From assembly GCA_002633005.1 (NCBI GenBank), contig NMRA01000157.1, forward strand, positions 549,501-613,500: 64,000 nt of DNA. Reading direction: 5' to 3'. Shown here piece by piece: positions 1 through 12,300 of the stretch. The translations under genes were made by a program, and so were the position numbers. The notes beneath the pieces are model-generated. The model saw only the letters and a list, made by a program, of their open reading frames with translations, made no database searches and was not told the origin of the DNA. This stretch comes from Phoronis australis (lineage: Eukaryota; Animalia; Phoronida). Within the stretch, counting starts at the first letter, position 1. Each line of letters starts with the position of its first letter.

Positions 1-250
1 TGACAATGAGAAACGCAGGAAAAACTGCTTTGTTAACAGTTGCACAGCATTGCTTTTTTCATTGGTAATTCACATCTTGTATATGTGCGGCATATAATTT
101 CATGTTTACCCGATGAACAGTTTGTATTAATTGTTCCTTCATAAATTTGAGTCAAATAGTTCACTAGGTAATTGCAATGTAGTGAGCATTAAAATTAGTA
201 TAAAAACAGCAGTCTGAACATGAATTACATGATGATATACACCAACATAC

Positions 251-381
251 CTTTATGGTCCCAATAACGTAATTCAAAGAAGCATCGCTGGGCACCCCAA
301 ATACATAAGGTACATCCTGGAACACTGGTGGGTTGTCATTGACGTCACCAACAGTGACGACTAGAGTGACTATATTGGGAT
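251..381 (-). CDS. cadherin exon 54 (EC31/32 linker)
   Basis: cag|..|gtatgt; (D)PNIVTLVVTVGDVNDNPPVFQDVPYVFGVPSDASLNYVIGTIK; not in ORF track. Confidence 0.92.
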
Positions 382-3300
382 CTGCAAACAGTTCAGATGC
401 TTATCAAATTTGAGAAAGAAGTGACATTTATTTGAAAAGCCAAAATTCAAACATCTTATTGATGTCACAATTACAACACTGGCATGAGCTCACACAATCT
501 CTGTTCAATTCCTGTTTTGACTGAAAACTAGTGAAAGGATAGTCACACAGTGGCACTACTTGACATTATGACACTCAATCACCCTACCTTCAACAGCTCT
601 CAGTTTCCTAGCAACAGCTCTCCGTCTCCTAGTGACAACTCTCTCAGCTCTGACCTTCAGTGTGTAGCTTGACACAGTTTCTCTATCAAGCTGTTTGACA
701 CAGAACACTTTCCCCGTAGAATTTTGTATGGAGAAAAAGCCTGAAACATTGTAGTGTATCATCTTATGAAATGGAAGCTGAAACATTTTGTTAATAAACC
801 ATAGTCTAATGATCTGGAAAATTGGCAAGTCATTTATAACAGTCTGAATGGCTTTGGTTAGCTATGTCTTAATTAGGATATGAAATATCTATTCAACCGT
901 AGTTTTTATCCTCAGTAAAAAGGATGATCGTATCAAAAGCAATTATTGGATATTTTGGCCTAGGTATGGCTTTTGTAGCAAGCGTTATGCCTCCACATCA
1001 TGGGCTATTGAGTCAAGATAGACTCCAGCAAAGCAAACAGTTGATAAACCCTAATGATACAAGAACAACTGTAATAACACATCTGACTGGAGTGTCCAAT
1101 CAGTGCATGGCATGAATGTTTGTAGTGAGGACAGATGATGAGAGTGCCGATTGTGTAGAGAAATGAAAGAAGTAGCTGCTTCACTTGACTACAGGTCACA
1201 AGGCCAAGCGATTGTTGATTATTGAGGGCTTAACTGGCAGTCTTTGAGCAAAAAAACTAGGAACAAATCATTTGCAATTTTAGGCAATTTGCAAGTTAGA
1301 CAATCCAATATGCTGACCATCATAGAGAAAGTATTAGAATAATCTGAAGCACATCATAATAAAGTCTTTATTACTGTACAGGATTAAATCAAGTAATAAG
1401 ACAGAGCAAGATGAAACAGAACAGCAAAGACACAAAAACGAAATACATTTCCATAGTTACCCAACACATTCCCATAGTTACTCTATTCATTTCCATAGTT
1501 ACCCATCACATTTCCATAGTTACTCAATTCATTTCCATAGTTACCCAATTCATTTCCATAGTTACCCAATTCATTTCCAGACACAATAGTATAGAGTATT
1601 GGCAGTCCAGCCAGTTCCTCTGTTGTGTTCAGGTCAACCAGTAACAATGGTGGTTTTTGTCCTTCATTGAACACAATGTTATATGTTGGCTTGTCAAAAA
1701 CTGGTACTTTGGATGTTCGTTTGACAGTAATTTTCACCTGCAAAAGCACACACACAGGGTAGTACATGATATGTATCACCTTGACACTAAATGCTTGTTA
1801 CAAAGTAAGCTGTTTTGGAATCCTTCTTAGACATTTTATTTGTAAAAAACTTCAGCCAAGCAACTGAAATAATTGAGAAAGCCTCCTTACTGTAACCTAA
1901 ATATTCACTAGGTGGTGCTACTGTAGAAAGGAACCTCTGAATAGGTGGCTCCCTATTCATTAGCAAGTGCTACAGTACAAAAGAGCACTCTGAATGAGAT
2001 GAGAACAGAACAAAGTTGCTGATCAACAAGAAGGCATTCACGGATTAAGTGTTTCACATCACCTCAATGCACAAATATCTACAGGTAGGTACTACTGCCA
2101 CTAGCATAACCAAGTGACTTTCGAGTTCCAACACAAACTTAGATAACTTGACAAGTCAGTTTGTTGGCTCACAACATAATGCTACAATCTATGCTTTTGA
2201 CAGCAAACATTGGATGCAAAGAAGCAGTTAATAGTTAGACTCACCATGGTAGTGTCATTTGAAGACGGGCTATAGTTGTCCTCTGCCATAACTGTTAAGT
2301 TGTAAGTGATTTCGGATACAATGGAGAGTTTCTTGGCAACAGTTATAGCTCCCGTACTATTAACACCAAACAAGCCATTATTTGGATCATCTGAAGAGAG
2401 GAAGCAATCCAACATTTAATACAAGGAGCCGATAATATAACTATGGAATGTATACAATAACAGCAACAGTCATGACTGTAAATGTCAGGACAAAATTGAT
2501 GTCCATGGTTACAGTGGGAAATATTCTACATACTACAATTTACTGTTCTGAGAGCACAAAAGTATCTGTCACCAGAATCAACTTCTAATCCTAGTGAGCT
2601 AAGCGAGTCTAGTTAAAAAGAATGGAATTGATTTCTTTCATTCTCGAGCATTTTGGGACATTAAACGTTTTTGTGTCAATAGTTTAAGTAGCTCCCACAG
2701 CACAATAGTGGCATCTTGAAGGCAAGACAGTTGCAAAGAATTCATAAAAAAATAGAGAAATGACCTACAACAGTACATCTAGACAATAATGTAGAACGCA
2801 GTCCATCAACTACCCCGTAACCATCTAGAAACACAGCGCATTTCCTCTTGCTGACTTTATATTGGAAAATGATTTTCACCAAACAAATACTTCATACTCT
2901 CAGGGAATTATTTTATAACCTTAAAATTTCATACTATACTAAAAACTGCTGTGATCAAAGCTAACTAAGAACACAAGTGCATGAGGTATAACTAAAGCGT
3001 AACCCCACAGAGGCTGCACCACATTCACTCTCCCGGGTTAGCCCAGTCAACCTTCCTGAGCATTTTATTGGTTCCCAAGACAACTTTCGGCTCACAAACA
3101 AATTAGATGTCTTCACCTTTTGGCCCATCTGAACTGGCACACGCTGGCTGAGAGAACCGGAAGCAGCCTGTGATTACTGCCAAATATGTCCAATTTAAAA
3201 AGGGAAAATTCAATGTAAGGCCATCAGTCACACAGATGTTTCAATGGGCTTTTAAACTATCCACAAGGGCAACACAACACCATGACATTCGAATCTTTCA

Positions 3301-6300
3301 TGAAGTATTAAATTCATTGCATGTAATGCATTATGTTGTATTATATCTCCTCTTGTGTTCAAGATGCCCATCTTGGAAAGCACCAGATTTACTGAAGAGG
3401 ACACAATAACTTTAGTTTATAATCAAGAGCAGGTTAAAGACAATAAATACCACACATAATTATTCACCAAAAGAAAAATGTTCAAAAATTCAAAACACAT
3501 GAACAGAACCTTGGACTAGGCTTACCAATAACAGTAAATTTCAAAGCACCAAGACCAGCATACAGTTGAATAACCAGAGAGCCAATAGGAGTCTTGTCAT
3601 CTATAGAAACTTGGTAAACCTTCTGTGCAAACTTGGGTGGAGTGTCATTCATATCTGTGACATTGACTATAACTTGAATAGTAGTCTGAAGTCTGGGCAA
3701 TCCTAGATCGTGCGCGACAACACTGATGTTGTACCAAGACTGCTTCTCATAATCCAAACTGTTTTGCGTTCTAACATAACCCACGGAGTCTGCAAAAGAA
3801 ATAGTTTATTTACTGCAATGTGTTGTTATGCAAATGTATAACCATACCAAAACTCTGTATTAAACACATATTAAAACCTACCTGAGGAAATTATACTGAA
3901 CCACATTATTTTAATTTAAATGCAAATTCCAAACCAACTTTAAGACAGAGCAACTACCATGAATACATTACTACACTACAGTTTGTGTCACGTGCATGTT
4001 TGACTCAAAACCAACCAGATCATGATAATTCAGCCAAACTCGTTTCATTCCCAGTGTAAATCGAGCTAGACTGCGTTAGGTTTTACCACTGGATAGCTAA
4101 AAATGACATTTCAAAACAAGAACAATCAACACCTGCATTAAGAACTTAAGACCATGCTGTACACTTAATTCTGGATGAACTGACACAATTTCCTGCAGAG
4201 TATCATGTTACATACCCGTCATGAACTATTTTAATTTTGATTAAGTATGACACACCTTTGTTTACGACATAAAACATGTTAGAGGCAGCACCCTCTATAC
4301 TGTACAGCACTTTCCCATTAATGCCACTATCAGTGTCATTGGCAAACACAGTAGTCACCTGTAAAACATCAAAAGGTTCCTTTTAACAACAAAAATAAAA
4401 ATGTTGGATATGGTGATGGTTATGCAAGGGCAAAGGGCAAACAAGTCGTAAACAAAAGGGAACACAAAATTCAAATAAAAATTTCTTACTCTTAACATAC
4501 AAGAGTGCTCGTGTGACATACATACATCAACCACCGAAAATTTATTGTGTAAAATAACCCTTGTAACCTTTACTAAAATACAGATTTTTGGTTACCGTGG
4601 GAAGACATTTTTCTTCTTAAATTAATGTTCCCAAATGTGTATTAATTAACAGTGCAATCATTATAATATGTGATGTAAATATTCCATGAATAGGCCCACA
4701 TACTGGTTCTAGACTTTTACAATACTTACTGTTGTTGCATGGCAAGTAATTACAAAGTAAATTAACACTAAAAAGTTTTCCTCTAAGATAACCAGGCATC
4801 TGTACCTTTAGCAAGGAGGGACATTGAAAATGGCTACCTTCCTCTTTAAGTGTCAAAGAAAAGTGGAAGTTAACACTTTATTATAATTTTAAAGAGTCTA
4901 CAAACTGATTGAAAGTTGAAAGATAACACATGAAAGGAACAATAACCATAAAATAACCATTATTATATTTGAGCTGTATAAGCAACACCTTTTGATGCGA
5001 ATCGGGGGCACTTTCACAATGCACATCAACCAACTGCACTTATGAGCATACATGAAAGTCTGTCAGCTTTTGCTACAACTAACCAAAGCAACAAGGCTAG
5101 AGTAGAATAATTATCAAAAAATAAACAGGCTACGTTGACTTATACTTACAAGGATTCCTGGTGGCTGATTCTCCTTGATATCAATAGATGGCAGCGGGTA
5201 TCTGTAGTATTGTGGAGCATTATCGTTAATATCATCAACAGTCAGGGTCAACCTTGTTGTGGAGTTACGTGATGGCTGACCTTGATCTGCTACCTGGAAT
5301 GACAAGGCAGCATAATGTGAGAGATGAAATTCCCACATACAACTCTCCAATTACTAAACAAATCTAAAGACTATGATTGATTGAGCACTGCAGAGTGTGA
5401 GCAACAAAAACCATTCGTGTACAGAATGTCCCAAAAATGAACTCACAATTACTTGCCTACTTTCACAGCAGTTCCAGATAGATACAGCTCAACATTCTTA
5501 TGCAGACATGAGGTATCAGCAGGTTACATACAGACATGAGGTGTCTGTGCAGGTTTTGGTTTGAAATGAATCCCTTCACTTACTGTAACAATCATGTTGT
5601 AGGACGACACATTCTCTCGGTCCAGTAGTCCATCAATAAATACTTCTCCAGTGGTCCTGTTCACGTCCACAACACCTGCACCTAAAAGTCAAACAGATTT
5701 CATTATAACACAGGCCACGTAACAACACAAATGTCAATGCCATTTTTAAGTTATGTACACAATGATTAAATTTTTATGCAAAAATTGAATTTGAAACATT
5801 CCTGTACGTAGTCATGATCTGAAGGTTGAAAAAGGTTGACGTCCTGATATTTACAAAAGGTTTCCAGTAAGTTCTCGCTGCTCCTATCACGTTATTGAAT
5901 ATAATTTTCATAGTTTGTCTTATTTGAGTTAAGATTTTACCAATGAATCATTGGCATATTTGAACATAATTTCAATTTGATAGGCCAAATGTGCTGTAAT
6001 GACACCACCATACAGCACAACAGTGGAGGCAACACACCTGTAAGTGCCGATACACACTGTTAGTATTTAAAATAGTTTTACTTCATTCGTCACCAGTTGG
6101 TGGTTTTTGTGTTTGTGTGATGCAACATCTACCGAATCTCCTTTCCCACGTGACTCTATTCTTCAATAGTATTTTGCATATGCGAGACTGTTTGACTGAA
6201 CATGGTTTGTAGATGTAACACGCCAATTTGGATCATTCTTATTTTAACACATTTACTGATAAGTTTACTTACAGTTTCGTCTTCATTTATGCCACAATTT

Positions 6301-9300
6301 GGTGTAAGTATATTGTAGTTAGTTTTGTTATATAGACAGAACTTCAACGTTGTGTCGCTTATTCTAAGTACCTTTTCGAATTACCGTAGACTCAACTACT
6401 TTGAAGTTTGTTTGAGTAAGTAATAGTTTTACTTAGTAAGGAAGGAATATTAGTATTGTAACTTTGTAAACAATTAACGCGTTGTTCAATTGTCTCATAA
6501 AACATTTTTTGTATGTTTCAATTAGAATGAGCAACTACAACTAACAAAGAAATGAAGTTTAAATTAATTCAACTTATGCTCACGTTCATTCATGTGGGCG
6601 TAACAATTTTCGCAACCACAACACCACCTAGAAACTCAACAGAGTTTGAATGCAAAACTAGTTTTAACTGACTAGCAGCCACATTGCTTTTAGCACATAA
6701 ACTGATGACCAATAAATTTCAACTTATTAAGTGACAGTTTTGTCAGGAAGTGCTTCTTACCTGTACGAAGAAAAATCTGAAATCAATTTCAACGTGGGCT
6801 ATAGTCTAATGCAATGATTCTTCACACTGAAAATCACCAGGCTATGGGCAGGTATTTTTGTTAAAAAGCAGTAACTGGTATGCCAGGTAATTGCAAATTA
6901 TCCTGGCTGTTACACTTTTCAATCAAGTTCTTTCAACTTTTCCACAGAAATATTGTCCAAATCTTAAAACGTTACTGTTTCATGATGACAGCTAAACGTT
7001 ACAAACCCGTGGTAACATTGAAGTTAACCTTTCCAATTTACTTATGTGTGCTGTAAATTTTGTTGTAATCAACTTCACTGATTTCTCCATGTTGCATGCT
7101 GAATTTTGTAACACACAATCACCTTCTAAGCTGTACACTAGTTGACTGTTGACTCCGACGTCGTCATCACTACACCACAGGGTGGTGAGCACACGATGAC
7201 TATAGTCACCCTCTGGTACAGCAAACTGGAGATTGGTGGAGCGAAAAACAGGAGCGTGGTCATTAACATCATCAACTGTCACAGTTACCTGGACATAGAC
7301 AGAATGCAACTTTTAATGAAAATAAACACAACCCAGTAAATGAACAGTGACAGTAGCACTAGGTATATACATAATAGGCACAAGTGCTTACAGCAGCACC
7401 ACATATGTACATAATAGGCACATGTGCTTACAGTAATACAACATATGTACATAATAGGCACAGGTGCTTAGAGTAGCACCACATATGTACATAATAGGCA
7501 CATGTGCTTAGAGTAGCACCACATATGTACATAATAGGCACAGGTGCTTAGAGTAGCACCACATATGTACATAATAGGCACATGTGCTTATAGTAGCACC
7601 ACATACCTATATAATAAGGCACATGTGCTTACATCCAACAAACACCTTTTTCATTTGATCAAGCCTTTGCAACTTGGTGCAGCCGGATGCAGCCACAAGT
7701 AAAGCCCGCCCCACGACTAATCAATAATGTCTTTAATCAATAATGCCTTTAATCAATAATGCCTTTAATCAATGCCCAAGCTTGACTTCACATCCACCGC
7801 CTGATCTCTTCAAACACTAAGTTGGCTGTTAACCCCAGCGACTACGGCATACAGTAATATTGCACATGTTGGACAAAGAATCAATGCAAAAACAATTCAA
7901 ATTTGAGAACTTATCGTTAATTTGAGAACCGACAAGGATGATAACTATTACTTAAATGAGTGAAAGGTGACTGATTTATTCTTTTTGCAACCACATTTGA
8001 GAGAACAACTCAAATATTCCAACAGTAATTCAATCGTACTATCACAACAGGGCGACACTATCACAGAGTTAACAAAAGAATGGTGTATCAAGATCACTCA
8101 ACAATCACTGCCCTTAATTTAAAGTTGAGACCATACCACTGCATAAGCTGTCCGTTCTGGAATGCGACCATCCACAGCTCTTACAGTGAAGGTATACTTG
8201 TCCACAAGTTCACGGTCCAACCTCTTTGCTGTAGTGATGTTACCCTGGTAACAAAACAATCTTATCAGTTGCTACCTCCATAAAATTACTAAACACTACG
8301 ATATTTAACATCTGTCCTGGATTGTATTTAATGAAGATGGTTTTGAGAAATCGGGCAAGTCTCCAGATTTTGTTGGGTATTACAAGCATCGTCAATCTTT
8401 TACGGCACTCTTTTAATTCAATGCAAGCTCAAGAAACGGTTAATAGACAGACCATTAATTGAAGGAATCTGCATCGTTTAATGCGAGGCATCATCCATTA
8501 CCAACAACATTTTCAAAAGCATACAATACACTCTTTTGCCAGAACCCTCCTCCTCATAAAGAATATACTACTAGGTCATGTTTTATTCTCCATGATACCA
8601 TTTGTACAACAACTCACTTGTTGCCAACAGTTAACCCCCTTTTACCAAGTGTGCATCACAGTTTAAAAAAATTCACTAATTAAGCATGACATGGATGTGA
8701 CGCGACAAGCAATTGCAGTTTCTACTATAAATGTAGGATACTATTCAAATTTGGCTAAATTCAAAACATCAAACCTCCAAAATGGCTAACTGAATTGGAC
8801 TAGTGTGAAACTTTCAGATACTTTTTGCACTGTTTTCCAAAATCCTCTTAGGAAGTGTTTTTAAAATGTTTCACTTTTGCAGGAGGGTTATAAAAATAGG
8901 ACAGTTATGGCTGTTAAGAAAAAACTCAAAGATGCATATAACAAAACTGTAACAGTGGTTTTGAGATGTCACCTTGAATATTATATCAAATAAAATTTGA
9001 TCACATTATTGATATCATTGTTATGCTATCAATGTAAATTTCTTTTTGCCAAATTTTAGTAAAAAAGACAATGTCATTGGATCCAAAGTAATGAGAAGTT
9101 GGTAAAATGTCAAAAACGTAATTTCACACACTTTTTGATTTCAGAAAATATGTACTTTTACTGAGTTTTGTCAATATTTGGCAGACCTGTCAAAGACTGT
9201 AACAATATCTTAAGACCTACGAGTAATAATTAAAACAACCAGCAAAACAATCATTGTAAATAGCCCATGGCATTGGGGTTATGCTACCTGAAAACTTTGC

Positions 9301-12300
9301 AACTGGGCTGTAAACTTTATTTTTGAGGATTTCTGATAGCACGCATTTAGCGCACTGTATCACAAAGTTGCTAAATTCAAAATGGCAGAGTCAGGCTGCA
9401 CTCGAAACATTTCTTAGTGGTAAAAATGTACTTCAAGAATATTGCAAAAGGAAAAGAAACTGGATTGAGTCAAATTCTGATAAAATATTTTAGAAACTAA
9501 CAATGCCCTAAAATTAAATCACTTTGGAGTTAAAACGCAAATTCACTGGAAATAAAAAGGTGAGACCAGTTCACATACCGATTTGTCATGCATCTTGAAA
9601 GCGTCACTGTTCTCGATGTAATACTTCATGACTACACTCGGAGACTTCACAGATGCTGACACAGTTGTCACATAGGTTCCTGCATCTAGTTCCTCATCGA
9701 TATGAACTTTATAGGTCATGTTGTTAAACTTGGGTGTGTCATCATTGATTTCATCGACCTTGACCAACAGAAGGGCTGTTCCACTCCGTGGCGGCTTGCC
9801 CATATCCGTGGCAACAATGGTAAGCACCAATGTTGAGTTGTCAGTTGTGTCGTTATAGACACCGTTACCAATGAGTTTTTTATTGAGCAGCTCATTCTTA
9901 TCAATTGTTTTAGCAATGCTTATCAAGGCCGTCACGTTATTGATCTTAAAGTAGTCTCTCCCAAGTCCCTCCAGAGAGAATGTAAGACGAGCATTGCTTC
10001 CCACGTCAGCATCTGTTGCCAGTGGATATGCAATAGGCGAGTTAACTGGTGACTTCTCCAGAATGTTCACATGATACTGAGTCTGAGCAAACTTTGGATG
10101 TTCATCATTGATGTCATCTATGATGACAGTCACAGTGACAGTACCCGTCAGTGGTGGTCTGCCAGAATCCATTGCACGAACATCAAAGACATAGTCTGTT
10201 GTTTTCTCACGATTCAGCGCACTTCGCACAGTCAGCCACCCAGCCTTATCCACAGCAAATGGTACTAGAGAAAAAACAAAGTTAACATTGTTGCTTGAGT
10301 GACAGGGTTTACTTACAAAAGTATGCAGCAATGAATGCTGTTTTGGTAAATAAGTAACTCAACTGTGTGTTATTTACACTAAAACATGACATAGAACTGC
10401 AGCTAGTGTATAGAGTCACTGTATAGAGTCACTGTATAGAGTCACTGTATACAGTCACTGTATAGAGTCACTGTATAGTCACTGTATACAGTCACTGTAT
10501 ACACTCACTGTATACAGTCACTGTATACAGCCACTGGATTGCAGAAATGTGAGCATAAGTACTTGTTGCTTCCGGCAAAGGACAAGATAATATCAGTGCG
10601 GCACGATTGTTTTAAATTCACACACCAAATAGTGCAACAATAAAGTTGGTGAACCAGGGACCCACTCCATACAGTAACTGTTAAATCTTATCACAAGATT
10701 CAACAAAGGTATACTTACATGATGTATTTAGAGGCATATAAGACACTTTGCTGTTGTCACCAAGGTCAAGGTCAGTTACTGTGAGGTTGCTCACGACAAA
10801 ACCATTTCCTACATCTTCAGCAACGTGAAAAACAACACTACTGTGGTCAAATGTGGGTACGTTATCGTTTATGTCGATCAGCGTTACGTTAACAGTAACG
10901 TAAGTTTCCAAACTGAATGGTGTTACTCCCCTGTCCTGGGCAGATACATTCAGGAGGTAGTATGGTTCTGTCTCTCTATCTAATCCTCCTGTAGTGAAGA
11001 TCTCACCTACCGTAAGACAAGAAACTTTGATAATTTACAGAGGCTAGGGCTGCAACAATTTTTCAGGACCACTAACGTGAACTGGTTAACTGGTTTAAAG
11101 TTCAATGCTTGGGTTTATCTGTACACTGGTATGATAAAATCAAACTGAATATCTTATTTCAAACAATTCCACCGGTAATTTTGAAGCAGAAAAGCAAAAA
11201 ATGAAGCGTTGAATTTTGCTTTTCTGTATTGTTATTTTCGCTAAAGCCTTAGCAATCTTCAACCCATTATCTCCCTAAAGTAATCCATTCACATATCAGG
11301 TAAGTCAAACAAAAGCAATGTCTAAATCTCCATACAATAGTCTTCACACTTTCAAAAGGCTATACCTGAATTTAGACCATATGAATTCTTGAACACAAGC
11401 TTGTTCAATACAAAAATCTGACAGTTTGAAACTGGAAAACATGCCCTCACGGAGTTTTAGCTGGCTAAACTAGACAATCACATTCATTCACGAAACAAAC
11501 CTGAGACTCTGTCAATGTAAAACTTCCCGGCACTACCAGTAACTATTGAATACTGGACCACTTTGTTATTTTCAATGTCACCATCAGAAGCATTCACTTG
11601 ACCGACTAGAGCATTTGACGACACATTCTCCAGAACAAAGAAGGCATACGGTGATTGGTCAAAGTGTGGTTTTTTGTCATTGATGTCCGTGAGTGAAATG
11701 CTGAGGTTTGCTGTTGCATTCAGACCTTTACCAAGAGCATCAGTAGCCACAATCTGGAAGACAATAAAAAAGACCGTTAAAATCTTTTCTCTAAACACAT
11801 ACTTGCATAGGTTTATGAAAAGGGGTAAAATCTTTTTTCTGTAAAGGTTCATTAAAACAAATTGCATTGCAAGTACTTGAAAATACTATTTTAATATATT
11901 TAAAGCACTATTCATGTGGCTCAAGAACTGCATTTAAGCAGCAATCGTTTAATGTTATTCAGTAACGAGCATGTTTTCTCACACAATTTACATAACGCTT
12001 TTCATTTGCCCATATTACCAGAGATTAGTATTTTTTACCTTACATGTGTTTAGTCACTACCTATTACTTGTAATTGTATTAGTCATATAACTGACCTTAC
12101 TTGTAATTGTATCTTTCACATAAATGACCTTACTTGTACTTGTATTAGTCATAATAAATGACCTTATATATCGCCTACCCAGGTCTTGGTTTCATCTCCG
12201 GTAACGAGCTTGCGACGCACGAACGATTTTATATCATTCGGGACATACGTCGATCACAAAGATATAGATGCATGTAAGTGTTTTCTATGAATGGATGCTT

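Noticed and set aside
8630-9530. Possible MITE or piggyBac-like insert (ttaaccc start); similar TE-like tracts at 5800-6660, 26050-26700 and 57000-57960
   Set aside because: No matching terminal repeat or target-site duplication could be established by eye; left unannotated.
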